Assembly: GCF_009914755.1 (NCBI RefSeq)
Contig: NC_060946.1
DNA length: 64,000 nucleotides
Strand: one strand, 5' to 3'
Source of the DNA: the human T2T-CHM13v2.0 reference genome, Homo sapiens
A program made the position numbers and the translations under genes. The notes beneath the pieces were generated by a model. It saw nothing but the letters and a program-made list of their open reading frames with translations. It made no database searches and was not told the DNA's origin. Shown in pieces: positions 31,188 to 45,700 of this stretch. How positions within the stretch are numbered: position 1 is the stretch's first letter; every line of letters starts with the position of its first letter.

Positions 31188-31532
31188 GTTTCAACTATGG
31201 TAGAAGACTCGAGTAAGACAAATACAGCCCCCCTAAATTTGACTATTATTTAGGTTAATGGTGAGTTTAGAAGAAATAAGTTAAGACTACACAGAGTGGG
31301 CTAAATTGCAAATAAACACTGAAAATATTTCCCAGAAAATATGACTTTGAACAGGCTGCTGCACACCCTGCATGTAGAGATAAACTAAGAAAAATGTGTG
31401 GAGAGTTATTTAAGGACCTGTGGTTAACTCAGTCCTCAAGATGTTCCGGGTTTCATCCATAAGTCAAGGAGGACCTCCCAAAAGCTGTTTGGGACCACAC
31501 TCTTTGAGCAAGGAGCATACCTTATGATGGAA

Positions 31533-31742
31533 GCTGTGCTTTAGCAGCAGATGACCATTTCCACTGCACAACACGCCGTGCTTTAGCAGACGATGACCAT
31601 TTCCACTGTACAACATGCTGTGCTTTAGCTTCAGATGACCATTTCCACTGCACAACACGCCATGCTTTAGCGGAAGATGACCATTTCCACTGCACAACAC
31701 GCCATGCCTTAGCGGAAGATGACTGTTTCCACTGCACAACAC
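31533..31742. repeat. 42-bp minisatellite x5
   Basis: gctgtgctttagcagcagatgaccatttccactgcacaacac repeated; 14-aa periodic minus-strand ORFs. Confidence 0.95.
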
Positions 31743-32719
31743 TACAAGTGCTTACTGCCAGACCGGTGTGAAATATGTTCCAGCACATAATCTATGTCAC
31801 CAATGAAGGTGGTGGTTAAGACTTGGTGCACACAAGCTTTCCTGTCCCACAAGAACACAGCATGCTCTCTTTTCGGGTTCCATTCCAATCACGTAACAAA
31901 CATGACTGCCTTTTTTGTTTCGGCATCAGAAAGATCAGAGGAAACTTTGCACTCAACTTAGACAACTCTAAGCTTTTATAACCTGTCTATATCTACAGGT
32001 CAGCTTTATCTTATTTATGTATATTTCCTTCAACCTGAGTTTTACTTATTTCCACTTTTCCTTTTTAATTCACAGACACCCATAAACTCAGAAAATACAG
32101 TGTAAAACAAAGTGAAGAACAAATAAACAACTCACCAGAGATTTATTCGTTTCTTGTTGCTCTTGGAAACACCCAGAGGACACTGGAAACATAGCTGGAA
32201 GAGAAGGCAAATGACGTCGATTAAGGAGAGAACTGGTGAGGTGTGGTCCCAGATTCTTCTGCCCAACACTCTAGACACATTACCTGGAAAAGCCCTCCTC
32301 CCTCCGGAAAAAGAAAAACTTCCCCATGGGAGAAGAGTCCTTCACACCTCATTAGGGGCAGCAAAGACTCAAGTTAAGATAAGATACATCTACAAGTACA
32401 TTAATTGGTAGACATTAGATGCACAATTTATTTTTGAATAAAAATATGTATTACCTACTAATTTAGTAACAATATTACCTAAAGATATAATCTAATAATT
32501 TAATACAAAGAAACATTATAAGTTCACTAAAATAAATGTTATAGAAATATACTGGGCTGTATTAACTATTTTCCTATTAATATGTGGATTCCACAAATAA
32601 CTTCATATGAGTATTCCCATGACAGTACATCTTGCTTTTCTATACCTGAACATCATGGAAAGTGCATCTTGCAACCCAACAATTTTGGCCTACGTTTTTT
32701 AAAATGTACATAATATGTA

Positions 32720-33186
32720 TTTCCTGCAGTACACCATTCTACTCATGTTTCCCAATAACACCTTTCCCTGTATCCAAGCCCTCATATTATGCTCTGACAA
32801 TAAATTGGGCTTTTCCATCTGACTTGTCCAGTGAATGGACAATGGAAAATGTGATGCAAATATCCATTGGTTCTTGCCTTTTTGGACACAGTCATATTGT
32901 GAAGAGGTCTGGAGCTACCCTGTTGGAGACACAGGGCCTAGCCAAGAGTCACCACAAACCACCAGATTGTGAAGGAAACTATCTTAAACCAACCAGGCTC
33001 AGTCAAGGCACCAGGTGACTAAGGCCTGTTTTGTGATCCAGGCAACACAAATATATCAACTACCCAGCTGAACCCACCACACCAAAATGCAGATCCACAG
33101 AACTTCAAACAAATAAAATGGTGGTTGTTTTTTATAAGCTAGTAAGGTTTAATTAGTTCCTTAAACAGCAAATATTAACTGTTACA
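32720..33186 (+). mobile_element. Old MLT1 (E/F-like) LTR
   Basis: cccagctgaaccc...gatccacagaac...aaataaaatggtggttgtttt...aagcta...aactgttaca. Confidence 0.6.
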
Positions 33187-33949
33187 CCTAAGTGAATAGA
33201 ATTCAATATGTTTTTAACGAAATTATGTAGGGGGAGAAAGTCTTAAATTACAAATCAAATGCAATCAATAGAACTTCACAATCTATGCTAAATTTGGTGA
33301 TGGACTAGGTTTAATATATCTCAGACACTGGAAACAACAAGCTAAGTTTGAAGGAATGGGACTGTATTTGGAGAGTATTTCCATCTTTTCAAGTATGACA
33401 GGTCACTCCTGCACCCCAGACCACACTTTCAGGCCCCTTCAAATAAGGAATATTTCCTAGGTCCTTGCCTGTTCTTCTCAGCTGAATTCACCTCAACCTT
33501 CTGAAAGTTCTTCCAAACCTTTCACTATCACCTAGTCTTTGCAAATCTTGTGCATTCTAGGGAGTAGAATTAATATTTCCTGAGCGAGGAAAACTGGGAT
33601 CTTCACCTGCGACCTTTTATCCTCCTCTGAAGCACCAGTGAGAGGTTAGACCAGAGGGCTGTTCTTTCAAGTGCGCTTCTTATTCATAGGGAACCCTCCC
33701 TTTCAAACTTTATAACACACAGTGAAGACTGAAGTACCCTTAAGGCTGAAGACCATTATCCAGTACCCTATCTCCCTGGCGGAATCAGTGAGTTCCTCCA
33801 TGGAAACTAGGTCTCGTATAAACTTCCATAAATGCAATCCAGGAGGACTAGGCAGGTCACACAGTGAAGGAGGGAACCAGAAACTTCACTTGCTAAATAG
33901 ACACCAGGAAACCCAACTAATACAAACGCCCAGCTTAAGACTAGAGGCA

Positions 33950-34630
33950 CACGCATTTCGCACTACTCCTCTGGGAATGGGGAACGTCTCCCCAGAACTG
34001 TGTGTTAGCACGGGGACAGATGGGCAAACTGAGCTACATGAGGGTTGGTAACCGGGTCCCTCAGCGGCAGGACAGGAGCGCGGCCTGCAGACTCCGGGCC
34101 CAGGGCCACCAGCCTCGCCTACCCACTCCTGCGCCTCTGGAACCCGCTTCACTGCTGGGACCCCACGTCTGTCCTCCCAGCCCCCGCCAGGGTCCACGGC
34201 CCGCAAATGCACGTCAGGCCCCTCCTGCCCGCGATGTGCCCACGCGTCTGCCCCCACAAATGGGGAACACTGGTCTGGCCCCCCGGGATCCCCCGAGGCC
34301 CACAGGTTCCTCTTCGCCCTCGCACCTACCCACAGGGACATAGAACCAAGCCCCAGGGCTGCTCAGCTACACGACCGCCGCTGGGATCCGCACTTCCGGA
34401 GGAAAATGGCGAAGTGGGCGGGGCGGCGCATGCGCAGAGAGAAAAGCTGGTTCCCAAGGTCCTTGATGGTAACATCATTGGAAGGTGACACTACATTTCC
34501 TATGAGGCTCTGCGGTCCCCCGTTAGGAACGCACGCCGGACATTCTGTTTTGCCCAGCAGTGAGTCCAGTTACCCGGAGACCCGGACTTAATGGATCAGG
34601 ACTGGTCCCTACCCACGTGACACAGATGTG
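33950..34630. promoter_or_regulatory. CpG-island promoter
   Basis: Only CpG-dense non-Alu stretch; CACTTCCGG (ETS) 34391, AAAATGGCG (YY1) 34403, GC box 34416, GCGCATGCGC (NRF1) 34426, ACTACATTTCCTATGAGGC (ZNF143-like) 34490, CACGTGAC 34614. Confidence 0.85.
34330..34410 (-). other. Putative non-coding first exon
   Basis: Minus-strand donor TGG|GTAGGT just downstream of the motif cluster; start site is estimated. Confidence 0.5.
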
Positions 34631-34730
34631 GCATTCTGGTTCGTTATTAAATCCTGGTTTCACAGCCTGGGACATTGTGAAAATAATGGAGAAATTCCAA
34701 TAGAAACCAATTGGTCTATGCTGTTAATGA

Positions 34731-35029
<299 letters not shown>

Positions 35030-35639
35030 TCAAGTCTATTTTTTATAGATGCATTCAAAAGCATGAAAAAAATCATGTCTCTATTTTACTTTAAATTTTT
35101 AAAAACACAACTAATGAATATGGTAATTCTCTTCCAATCTGTTATCTTTTCTCTCACGAAACTAATTTGTGAGCTTTCAATTTACACAGTTAGAAAAAAA
35201 TGCTCTAGTGTATATACTAGGATAAAATATCAGGGTCATAAGACAAGTGCACTCCATAATCTTTGTGACAACTTACACTTCCAGTGTCTGATGAACATTT
35301 GCCCATAAACTCCCACGTTTCATCCATCCATCCATCAATCAAATCTACCTATCTTTATTTATTTATTGTGCGAAATACCTGAACTTTGCCTTTCCTTCCC
35401 TGATTTCTGCCACAAACTAGGCAAGGAGTTCTGCCTAGGGGTTTTTCAGAGCTTCGGTTACCACCGAGGTTCCTAACAGGGAAATTCCCAGCTTGAATGC
35501 TTGGGGTTGATGTGGGAGTGCGTGTGAAACGGGTGTGGGGTGAAAGGACAGTGAAATTTGTAGGTGGGTAGATGGGGGTGTGAAGGGCTTTCAGGTAAGA
35601 GGCACAGAGGAAACTGGGAGAGGCAGCGAAAGCACTTCA

Positions 35640-36010
35640 TACCTCAGATAACCAGAAGATGCTCCCACCAGCGCCATGACAGTTTGCCAGTGCCATGGCA
35701 ACACAGGAAGTCCCCACCCCTTGCCATGGAAACAGCTGGAAGTTACTGCCCATTTCTAGCTATTTCTGAGTAACCCGCCCCTTAATTAGCATGTCATTAA
35801 AAGTGAATTATAAAAATGACTACAAGCCACCCCTAGGCTGCTACTCTGGGAGCACAACCCACAGAGGGCTCCCTGCCCTGCAGGAGTGGACGCAGGGCTG
35901 TAACACCGCCAATGCCTCCATAGAGCTGCTTTATTCCACCACAGGCTTGCTTTTGGATTCCTTCCTGAGCGACGCCAAGAACCTGCCCTTCCTCAGTGTG
36001 ACTCTTGCCT
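35640..36010 (+). mobile_element. MER50-like ERV1 LTR fragment
   Basis: ccatgacagtttgccagtgccatggcaacacaggaag...taacccgccccttaattagcatg...ctgctactctggg. Confidence 0.65.
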
Positions 36011-36599
36011 AAAATCTATCCCTGGTTTTCTCTTTTCCTAAGCATGCCCTGACTTGTTCTTTCATCTCCTCTGAACTTGCAATTGCTCCTCAGTGACTCT
36101 ATTCTGCAGATCCAGAAAACTCAACCTTAATCTTCCCAGAGCCCTGTTGTCTCCAATATTGGAATCTCTAGCCTTGCTTTCTCAGATGCCTAGATTACAG
36201 GCCTCTCTCTTGAACACCTATTGGTAAGATATCCGGGGATCCTTTAAATACACGATGATTGGCAGGGTTTACATAGGGGAAATCAGTGCCTGACAATTCG
36301 CCTTCCAGGATATGGATTGTCATTCCCTCTCTTTGTGGGCCCCAGTCTCCTATACATAAAAGTAGAGATTATAATACTCATTTGACTTGCAGATACCTCA
36401 CCCCGAACCCACCTACTATAATGTAAAAGCCAAGAATGCAAACCCTTTCCTCACCCCGTGAAGGTAAAATCCTCAGAGCCAAGGAGAGAAGGCTCAGGGA
36501 TGGTACCTGGGTGTTTCCAACACTAACCATGCATTGTAGTTTTTAGTGTTCAAGTTTAAGCTTCTTATGTTAAAGTTACCCCAGCTTTAATTATATTGT

Positions 36600-36840
36600 A
36601 ACAAGATTTATTTTTGTAATTCCATTTTTGGATTCTTGATTTCTTGGTAAAGAAATACAGTTATTTTTGTATACCAATCTTATATAGTGTTACATTCCAA
36701 AATTTGTTCATGAGTCCTAACACTTTTTAGTAAATTTCTTATGATTTTCTAAATGCAAGATCATGTCATCTGTACATAAAGATAACTGTACTTCTTCCTT
36801 TCCAATCTAGATGCCGTTTATTTATTTACATTACCAAGTT
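36600..36840 (-). mobile_element. L1 ORF2 fragment (antisense)
   Basis: gatcatgtcatctgtacataaagataactgtacttcttcctttccaat. Confidence 0.65.
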
Positions 36841-36965
36841 GTCCCAGCTACCACTGTTATCAAGTAAAAGGGTCTCACTGCCCAAAGCTCTAGAAGCCAG
36901 TAACATGACACTGAGTTTTTGAGAAGAGAAAAACTTTAAAGTCAAACCAAAACCTATGGGATACA

Positions 36966-37282
36966 GGCCAGGCGCAGTGGCTCATGCCTGTAATCCCAGC
37001 ACTTTGGGAGGCCGAGTCGGGTGGATCACAAGGTCAGGAGATCAAGACCGTCCTGGCTAACACGGTGAAACCCCGTCTCTACTAAAAATACAAAAAACAA
37101 AAATTAGCTGGGCATGGTGGCGGGCACCTGTAGTCCCAGCTACTCAACTGAGGCGGGAGAATGGCATGAACCCAGAAGGCAGAGCTTGTAGTAAGCCAAG
37201 ATTGCACCACTGCACTCCAGCCTGGGCAACAGAGAGAAACTCCGTCTCCAAAAATAAACAAAAACAAAAAAACAAAAAACAA
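36966..37282 (+). mobile_element. Alu (AluY)
   Basis: ctggctaacacggtg, gaatggcatgaaccc; TSD aaacctatgggataca. Confidence 0.95.
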
Positions 37283-37704
37283 ACCTATGGGATACAGTAA
37301 AAACAGTACTAAGGAGTAAGTTTATAGCTAAAAGCACCTACATCAAAGAAAGTAGAAAAACTTCAAATAAACAACCTAATAATGCATCTTAAATAGTTAG
37401 AAAAGCAAGAGCAAACCAAAACCAAAATTAGTAGAAGGAAACATAACAAAGATCAGAGCAGAAATAAATGAAATTGAAATTTAAAAATATAAAATATCAA
37501 TGAAATGAAAAGTTAATATTTTTTTAAAAGATCAACAAAATCAACAAACATTTAGCCATACTAAGAGAAAAGAGAGAAGACTCAAATACATAAAACCAGA
37601 GATTAAAAAGGAGACACTGCAACTGATACTGCAGAAATTCAAGTAATCATTAGAAACTATTATGACCAACTATATTCCAATAAATTGAAAAACCTGCAAG
37701 TAAT

Positions 37705-38029
<325 letters not shown>

Positions 38030-39408
38030 CAACACAACCAAACCACAAACCTAGAAGAACTGGATAAATGAGATTGAACCCATAATAAAACATCTCCTAG
38101 CAAAGAAAAGCCTGGATCCAATGGCTTCACTGATTAATTTTACCAAACATTGAAGGAAGAATTACTATCAATCCTACTCAAACTATTCCAAAAAACAGAG
38201 AAGTCTGTAATATTTCCAAAATCATTCTATGAAAAAGACCATTCATCTTGTCTAAGTGGGATTCATCCCAAGGATGCCAACATGGTTCAACATATGCAAA
38301 TCAATCAATGTGACACATCATATCAACAGAATGAAGGACAAAAAACATATGGTAATTTCAATTGATGCTGAAAAGCATTTAATAAAATCCAACTTCCCTG
38401 TGATAAAAAGAAACCCCCAAAAAAACTAGATTTAGAAGGAACATACCACAACACAATAAAAACCATATGCAACAAACCCTCAGCCAGTATCATCCTGAAC
38501 AGAGATAAACTGAAAGCCTTTCTTCTAAGATCTGGAACAAGGCAAGAATGTCCACTTCCAACAATGTTACTCAACATAGTACTGGAAGTCCTAGCTAGAG
38601 CAATCAAGAAAATTGAAAAACAGTAAAGGGCATCCAAATTTAAAGAAATAAAATTATTATTGTTTTCTTGTTTGCAGGTGATTTGATCTTATATTTGGAA
38701 AAACCTAAGAACTCCACCAAAAAACTATCAGAACTGATCAACAAATTCAGAGTCACACGATACAAAATCAAAATGCAAAAATCAGTAACATTTCTAAATG
38801 TCAAAACTGAACAATCTAAAGAAGAAAATCAAGAACGTAATCCCATTTACAATAGCTACAAATAAAATAAAATATCTAGGAATAAATGTAACATAAGAAG
38901 TGAAAGATCTCTACGATGAAAACTATAGAACACCAATGCAAAAAAATTAAAGAAGACACCAAAAAAAAAATGGAAAGATAGTCCATGTTCATTGATTGGA
39001 AGAGTAAATATTGTTAAAATACACATACTTCACAAAGCAATCTACAGACCCAATGCAATCCCTATTGAAATATTAATAACATTCTTCACAGAAACAGAAA
39101 AAAAATCCTAAAATTTATATGAAATCATAAAAGAACCAGAATACCCAAAGCCATCCGTAGCAGAAAGAACAAAACTGGAAGAATCACATCACCTGACGTT
39201 AAATTATACTACAGAGCAATTGTAAGCTAAACAGCATGGTACTGTCATAAAACAGACACAGACCAATGGAACAGAATAGAGAACCCAGAAATAAATCCTT
39301 ACATTTACAACTAACTCATTTTCAATGAAGGTGCCAAGAATATACATGGGGGAGAGGACAGTCTCTTCACCAAATTGTGCTGGGAAAACTAGATATTCAT
39401 TGGCAGAA

Positions 39409-39668
39409 TTTTTTTTTTTTGAGATGGAGTCTAGCTCTGTTGCTCAGGCTGCAGTGCAGTGGCGCGATCTGGGCTCACTGCAAGCTCCACCTCCCGGGTT
39501 CACACCATTCTCCTCCTCAGCCTCCCAAGTAGCTGGGAGTACAAGTGCCCCCATCACGCCCAGCTATTTTTTGTTTTGTATTTTTAGTAGAGACGGAGTT
39601 TCACCGTGTTAGCCAGGATGTTCTTGATATCCTGCTCTCAGGATCTGCCCACCTCAGCCTCCCAAAGT
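39409..39668 (-). mobile_element. 5'-truncated AluY
   Basis: Ends at cctcccaaag; perfect TSD tcattggcagaat. Confidence 0.95.
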
Positions 39669-40093
39669 CATTGGCAGAATAATCAAACTAGAACCCTCTC
39701 TTGTGCTATATACAAAAATCAAATCCAAATGGGTTAAAGACTTAAATCAAGGACAAGAAACTACTGAAAGAAAACATTAGGGAAACTCTCCAGGAAATTG
39801 TTCTGGGCACAGATTTCTTGAGTAATACTCCAAAAGCTCAGGCAACCAAAGCAAAAATGAACAAATGGTATCACATGAAGTTCAAAAGTTTCTGCATAGT
39901 AAAGAAAACAATGGACAAAGTGAAAAGACAATCCACAGAATGGAAGAAAATATTTGCAAACTATATATCTGACAAGGGATTAATAACCAGAATATATAAG
40001 GAGTTCAAACAACTCTATAAGAAAAAAACTAATAATTCAATTATTTAAATGGGCAAAAAATCTGAACAGACATTTCTCAAAAGAAGGCATGCA

Positions 40094-40385
40094 GGTCAGG
40101 CGCAGTGGCTCACACCTGTAATTCCAGCATTTTGGGGAACCAAGACAGTTGGACCACTTGAGCCCAGGAGTTCAAGACCAACCTGAAAAACATAGCAAAT
40201 AATTTTTAAACCTACCTGGGCATGGTGATGCATGCCTGTGGTCCCAGCTACTCAGGAGGCTGAGGTGGGAGGATTGCTTGAACCCTGGTAGTCATAACTA
40301 CAGTAAGCCATCATTATACCACTGCACTCCAGCCTGGGTGACAGAGTGAGACACTGTCTCAAAAAATGAGCAAAAACAAAAAAGA
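40094..40385 (+). mobile_element. Alu (AluJ)
   Basis: cttgagcccaggagttc; gaggtgggaggattgcttg. Confidence 0.92.
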
Positions 40386-41657
40386 AGATATATAAATGTC
40401 AAATAGGTATATGAAAAGATGCTCAATATCACTGATCATCAGAGAAATTCAAATCAAAACTACAATAAGATATCATCTTACCCCCATTAAAATGGCTTTT
40501 ATGCAAAAGACAGGCAATAACAAATGCTTGCAAGAATGTAGGGAAAAGAGAACCCTCTTACTCTGTTGGTGGGAATGTAAATTAGTACATTCACTATGGA
40601 GAACAATATGGAGGTCCCTCAAAAAATTAAAAATAGAACTATCATATGATACAGCAATCCCACTGCTGGGTATATACCCAAGGGAGGGAAAATTAGTATA
40701 TGAAAGAGATATCTGCATTCCCATATTTATTTCAGCACTATTCATAATAGCCAAGATTTGGAAGCAACCTAAGTGTGCATCAACAGATGAAGGGATGAAG
40801 AAAATGTAGTACATGTACACAATGGAGTACTCTTCGGCCATGAAAAAGAGTAAGATTCTGTCACTTGCAACAACGTGGATGGAACTAGGGAACATTATGT
40901 TAAGTACAATGAGCCAGGCACAGAAAGACTTTGCATGTTCTCACACATTTGTGGGAGCTAAAAATTAAAACAATTGAACTCATCAAGATGGAGAGTAGAC
41001 TGAGAGTTTCCAGAGGCTGGGAAGAGTAGTGGTGTTACGGGATCTTTGGAGTGTCACTTTTCTGGACAGAAACCTCTATGGCTGGTGGCACCTTTACCTG
41101 AGTTTTGCTTGGGCCCCGCCCACTCAGCCTGGCTGGCTGTGCTCAGCTCATGCTACCAGGTTGGATCCCATGTTTGCCAAGGGAGACTGCGTGGAGTGGC
41201 AAGGGGTGTGTGAGCAAGCATGGGGTCTGGCCACTGTGCAGCCAGACTTCCTGGCTGCTGCAGTGGGGCAGGTAGCTCCAGGTGCCAACATGGGTGCCAG
41301 CTCTCCACAAATCTGTGGCTGGACCACGGGCACCGCAAGCAGCTTCCGCAGCTGGCACACTGGGAACACAGTGGCACCTGGAAGCTTGGAGATACCAGGA
41401 ACCACAGGGCCCCAAAGAGGGAATCACAGCTCTGGCTCGGGGAGCTCCCAGGTCTGGGCTTCCCAAAGCGTCACAGCTCTTGTTTCCTTCTCTTTGCCCA
41501 CAATGTGGCAAGCAAGGGGCATGACTCAGCCCTGTTTGTGTTACAGCTCTTTCAGCCTCTTCCCTAGGATTTGTCATAATTAATTATCATATTGTCTTAT
41601 TTTTTTACATTTGTTTCAACTTCAGAAGATGCATGGATCTAAACACAACATAATGTG

Positions 41658-42209
41658 TTAGCTAGCTGCCATATGAATTTCTCCGTGTTTCACCACTATG
41701 CAGCCTAAAGTTATTCCGTCATCCATGACCATCCTGGCTAAAGAGTCTAAAGATCTTTGTTTGGTAGCTATGGCTTCAGCTAGTTCATTCGCTAATTTAC
41801 CTAGAGTGGTTGACAGATTTCTAATTATACATTCATGAGAGGTTACTCCCCACCATTGCAAGTGACTTCTGCCAAACATTGGCCAAAATTCACCTCCTTG
41901 GTTTGCAGGTATGGTTTGTCTAATCCTGGAAAGTAATTTCGATGAACTACTTCAGTGTTCAGAAACATTGGAGTTATAAATAGAAAGAGGAAGAGTCACA
42001 TAACCTAATAGACAATTACTTCTCATATGCCAGCGGTCAACACATTCATAAGCCCATGGGTGGTTGATCCAGGGACCACACAGGGTCCCTGACAGACTCT
42101 GAAAGTTAAGGGTTTGGTTTACTGGTAACAGAGACAGGTTAAAGTACATGTCTTCAGTCTTGAGTAGAGTGTAATCAGTCTCATTTTTTTTTTTTAATGA
42201 GACAAACAT
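41658..42209 (-). pseudogene. Gamma-type env remnant (SU end / TM heptad and ISD-like segment)
   Basis: IIRNLSTTLGKLANELAEAIATKQRSLDSLARMVMDDGITLGC resembles ...QQ.SL.SLA.VV..NR.ALD..L; upstream CGPWINHPWAYEC...CLLGY. Confidence 0.7.
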
Positions 42210-42743
42210 CAGGTAAAGACCTTGACAAGAAGGAAGAGAAATCCCGAGATTCTATAATCATAATAATTGAATTGTAATTGCTAGTTTAAGTAGTCCTTCA
42301 AAAATACATCTCATTCCTGACAGGATAAAACAAGTTTTAAAAAATATATTATATTCAGATTCACTAGGGAACACTTGGAGCCAGGAAATAATTCAGGATT
42401 CAGCCCAAATTATAGGCAAATAATAAAAACTCTAAAACAATGATCAGGGTTGGAATCTAATAGCATATGTCATAGTTTTCTTTTGGAACATAAATTTTCT
42501 CTCTAGTCCATCATTTTTTCAAAGACAAATCATAGTAGGACCAATTTTGTATGCAAAATAAGTTTTAGTCTTATCATACCGGGCCTGATTATTTCCATAA
42601 AGGGCAGCAAGAATATTTATTGGCCATATAGGCTTCTTAAAATTGGCTTTGTTGGAAATTTTTAATAAGGAATCTGAGACTTTTAAGAGCCTTGAAGCTA
42701 GCCAAGTCAAAGATTTGCATCAGACTGTGTCTGTAATACTTTT

Positions 42744-45700
42744 TTAACCTACTTTTTAAAATTATACTTTAAGTTCTGGGGTACATGTGCAGAACGTGCA
42801 GGTTTGTTACATAGGTATATATATTCTGTGGTGGTTTGCTGCACCCATCAACCCATCTCCTATATTAGGCATTTCTCCTAATGCTATTCCTCTCCCTGCC
42901 CCCACCCCCCAACAGGCCCCAGTGTGTGATGTTCCCCTCCCTGTGTCCATGTGTTCTCATTGTTCAACTCCCACTTATGAGTGAGAACATGTGGTGTTTG
43001 GTTTTCTGTTCTTGTGTTAGTTTGCTGAGAATGATGGTTTCCAGCTTCTTCCATGTCCCTGCAAAGGACATGAACTCATCGTTTTTTATGGCTGCATAGT
43101 ATTCCATGGTGTATATGTGCCACATTTTCTTTATTCAATCTATCATTGATGGGCATTTGGGTTGGTTCCAAGTCTTTATTATTGTGAACAGTCCTGCAAT
43201 AAACATACATGTGCATGTGTCTTTATAGTAGAATGATTTATAATCCTTTGGGTATATACTCAGTAATGGGATTGCTGGGCCAAACGGTATTTCTAGCTCT
43301 AGATCCTTGAGGAATAGCCACACTGTCTTCCACAATGGTTGAACTAGTTTACACTCCCACCAACAGTGTAAAAGCCTTCCTATTTCTCCACACTCTCTCC
43401 AGTATTTGTTGTTTCCTGACTCTTTAATTTTCGCCATTCTAACTGGCATGAGATGGTATCTCATTGTGGTTTTGATTTGCATTTCTCTAATGACTAGTGA
43501 TGATGAGCTTTTTTATAAGTTTGTTGGTTGCATAATTGTCCTCTTTTGAGAAGTGTCTGTTCACATCCTTTGCCCACTTTTCAATGGGGTTGTTTTATCT
43601 TGCAAATTTGTTTAAGTTCTTTGTAGATTCTGGATATTAGCCCTTTGTCAGATGGATAGACTGCAAAAATTTTCTCCCATTTTGTAGGTTGCCCGTTCAC
43701 TCTGATAGTTTCTTTTGCTGTCCAGAAACTTTTTAGTTTAATTAGGTCCCATTTGTCAATTTTGGCTTTTGTTGCCTTTGTTTTTGGTGTTTTAGTCATG
43801 AAGTCTTTGCCCATGCCTATGTCCTGAATGGTATTGCCTAGGTTTTCCTCTACGGTTTTTATGGCTTTAGGTCTTTTGTTTAAGTCTTTAACCCATCTTG
43901 AGTTAATTTTTGTATAAGGTGTAAGGAAGGGATCCAGTTTCAGCTTTCTGCCTATGGCTAGCCAGTTTTCCCAACACCATTTATTAAATAGGGAATCCTT
44001 TCCCCAGTGCTCGTTTTTCTCAGGTTTGTCAAAGATCAGATGGTTGTAGATGTGTGGTGCTATTTTTGAGGCCTCTGTTCTGTTCCTTTGATCTATATAT
44101 CTGTTTTCGTACCAGTACCATGCTGTTTTGGTTGCCATAGCTTGTAATATAGTTTGAAGTCAGGTGGCATGATGCTTCCAGCTTTGTTCTTTTTGGTTAG
44201 GGTTGTCTTGGCTATTCGGGCTCTTTTTTGATTCCATATGAAATTTAAAGTATATTTTTCCAATTCCGTGGAGAAAGTCAATGGCAGTTTAATGGGGATA
44301 GCAGTGAATCTATAAATTACTTTGGGCAGTAGGTCACTTTCACGATACTGATTCTTCTTATCTATGAGCATGGAATGATTTTCCATTTGTTTGTGTCCTC
44401 TCTTATTTCCTTGAGGAGTGGTTTGTAGTTCTCCTTGAAGAGGTCCTTCACATCCTTGTAAGTTGTATTCCTAGGTATTTCATTCTTTTTATAGCAATGG
44501 TGAATGGGAGTTCACTCACAGTTTGGCTCTCTGTTTGTCTGTTATTGCTGTATAGGAATGCTTGTGATTTTTGCACATTGATTTTGTATCCTGAAACTTT
44601 GCTGAAGTTGCTTATCAGCTTAAGGAGATTTTGGGCTGAGATGATGGGGTTTTCTAAATATACAATCATGTCATCTGCAAAGAGAGACCATTTGACTTCC
44701 TCTTTTCCTAATTGAATACCCTTTATTTCTTTCTCTTGCCTGATTGCCCTGGCCAGAACTTCCAATACTATGTTGAATAGGAGTAGTGAGAGAGGGTATC
44801 CTTGTCTTGTGCTGATTTTGAAAGGGAATGCTTCCAGTTTTTGCACATTCAGTATGTTACTGGCTGTGGGTTTGTCATAAATAGCACTTATTATTTTGAG
44901 ATACGTTCCATCAATACCAGTTTATTGAGAGTTTTTAGCATGAAAAGTTGTTGAATTTTGTCAAAGGCCCTTTCTGCATCTATTGAGATAATCATGCAGT
45001 TTTTGTCATTGGTTCCCTTTATGTGATGGATTACATTTATTGATTTGCATATGTTGAACCACCCTTGCATCCCAGGGGTGAAGCCGACTTGATCATGGTG
45101 GACAAGCTTTTTGATGTGCTGCTGGATTCAGTTTTCCAGTATTTTATTCAGGATTTCTGCATCAATGTTCATCAGGGATATTGGTCTAAAGTTTTCTTTT
45201 CTTGTTGTGTCCCTGCGAGGTTTTGGTATCAAGTTGATGCTGACCTCATAAAATGAGTTAGGGAGGATTCTCTCTTTTTCTATTGTTTGGAATAGTTTCA
45301 GAAGGAATGGTACCAGCTCCTCTTTGTACCTCTAGTAGAATTCGGCTGTGAATCCATCTGGTCCTGGAATTTTTTTGGTTGGTAGGCTATAATTAATGCC
45401 TCAATTTCAGAACTTGTTATTGGTCTATTCAGGAATTTCACTTCTTCCTGGTTTAGTCTTGGTAGTATTCTCTGATGATAATTTGTATTTCTGTGGGATC
45501 AGTGGTGATATCCCCTTAATCATGTTTTATTGCATCTATTTGATTCTTCTCTCTTTTCTTCTTTATTAGTCTGGCTAGTGGTCTGATTTGTTGATCTTTT
45601 CAAAAAACCAGCTCCTGGATTCATTGATTTTTTGAAGGGTTTTTCATGTCTCTATCTCCTTCAATTATGCTCTGATCTTATTTGTGTCTTGTCTTCTGCT

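Noticed and set aside
29120-31742. 35-bp and 42-bp arrays as CRISPR-like repeats or repeat-protein CDS
   Set aside because: Head-to-tail units without spacers in primate repeat context; ORFs are short and period-driven.
33810-33970. MER5/MER20-like remnant (also ~62720-62790)
   Set aside because: Too degenerate to support by eye.
34330-34410. Assigning a gene symbol or chromosome
   Set aside because: CER-associated duplicons occur on several chromosomes; cannot be resolved without alignment.
33722-34591. Overlapping 60-150 aa ORFs at the CpG island
   Set aside because: Stop-poor GC-rich sequence, no recognisable domain.
45450-45475. Second splice event in L1 ORF2
   Set aside because: The ~70 bp gap relative to the recalled consensus lacks GT-AG ends; ordinary deletion.
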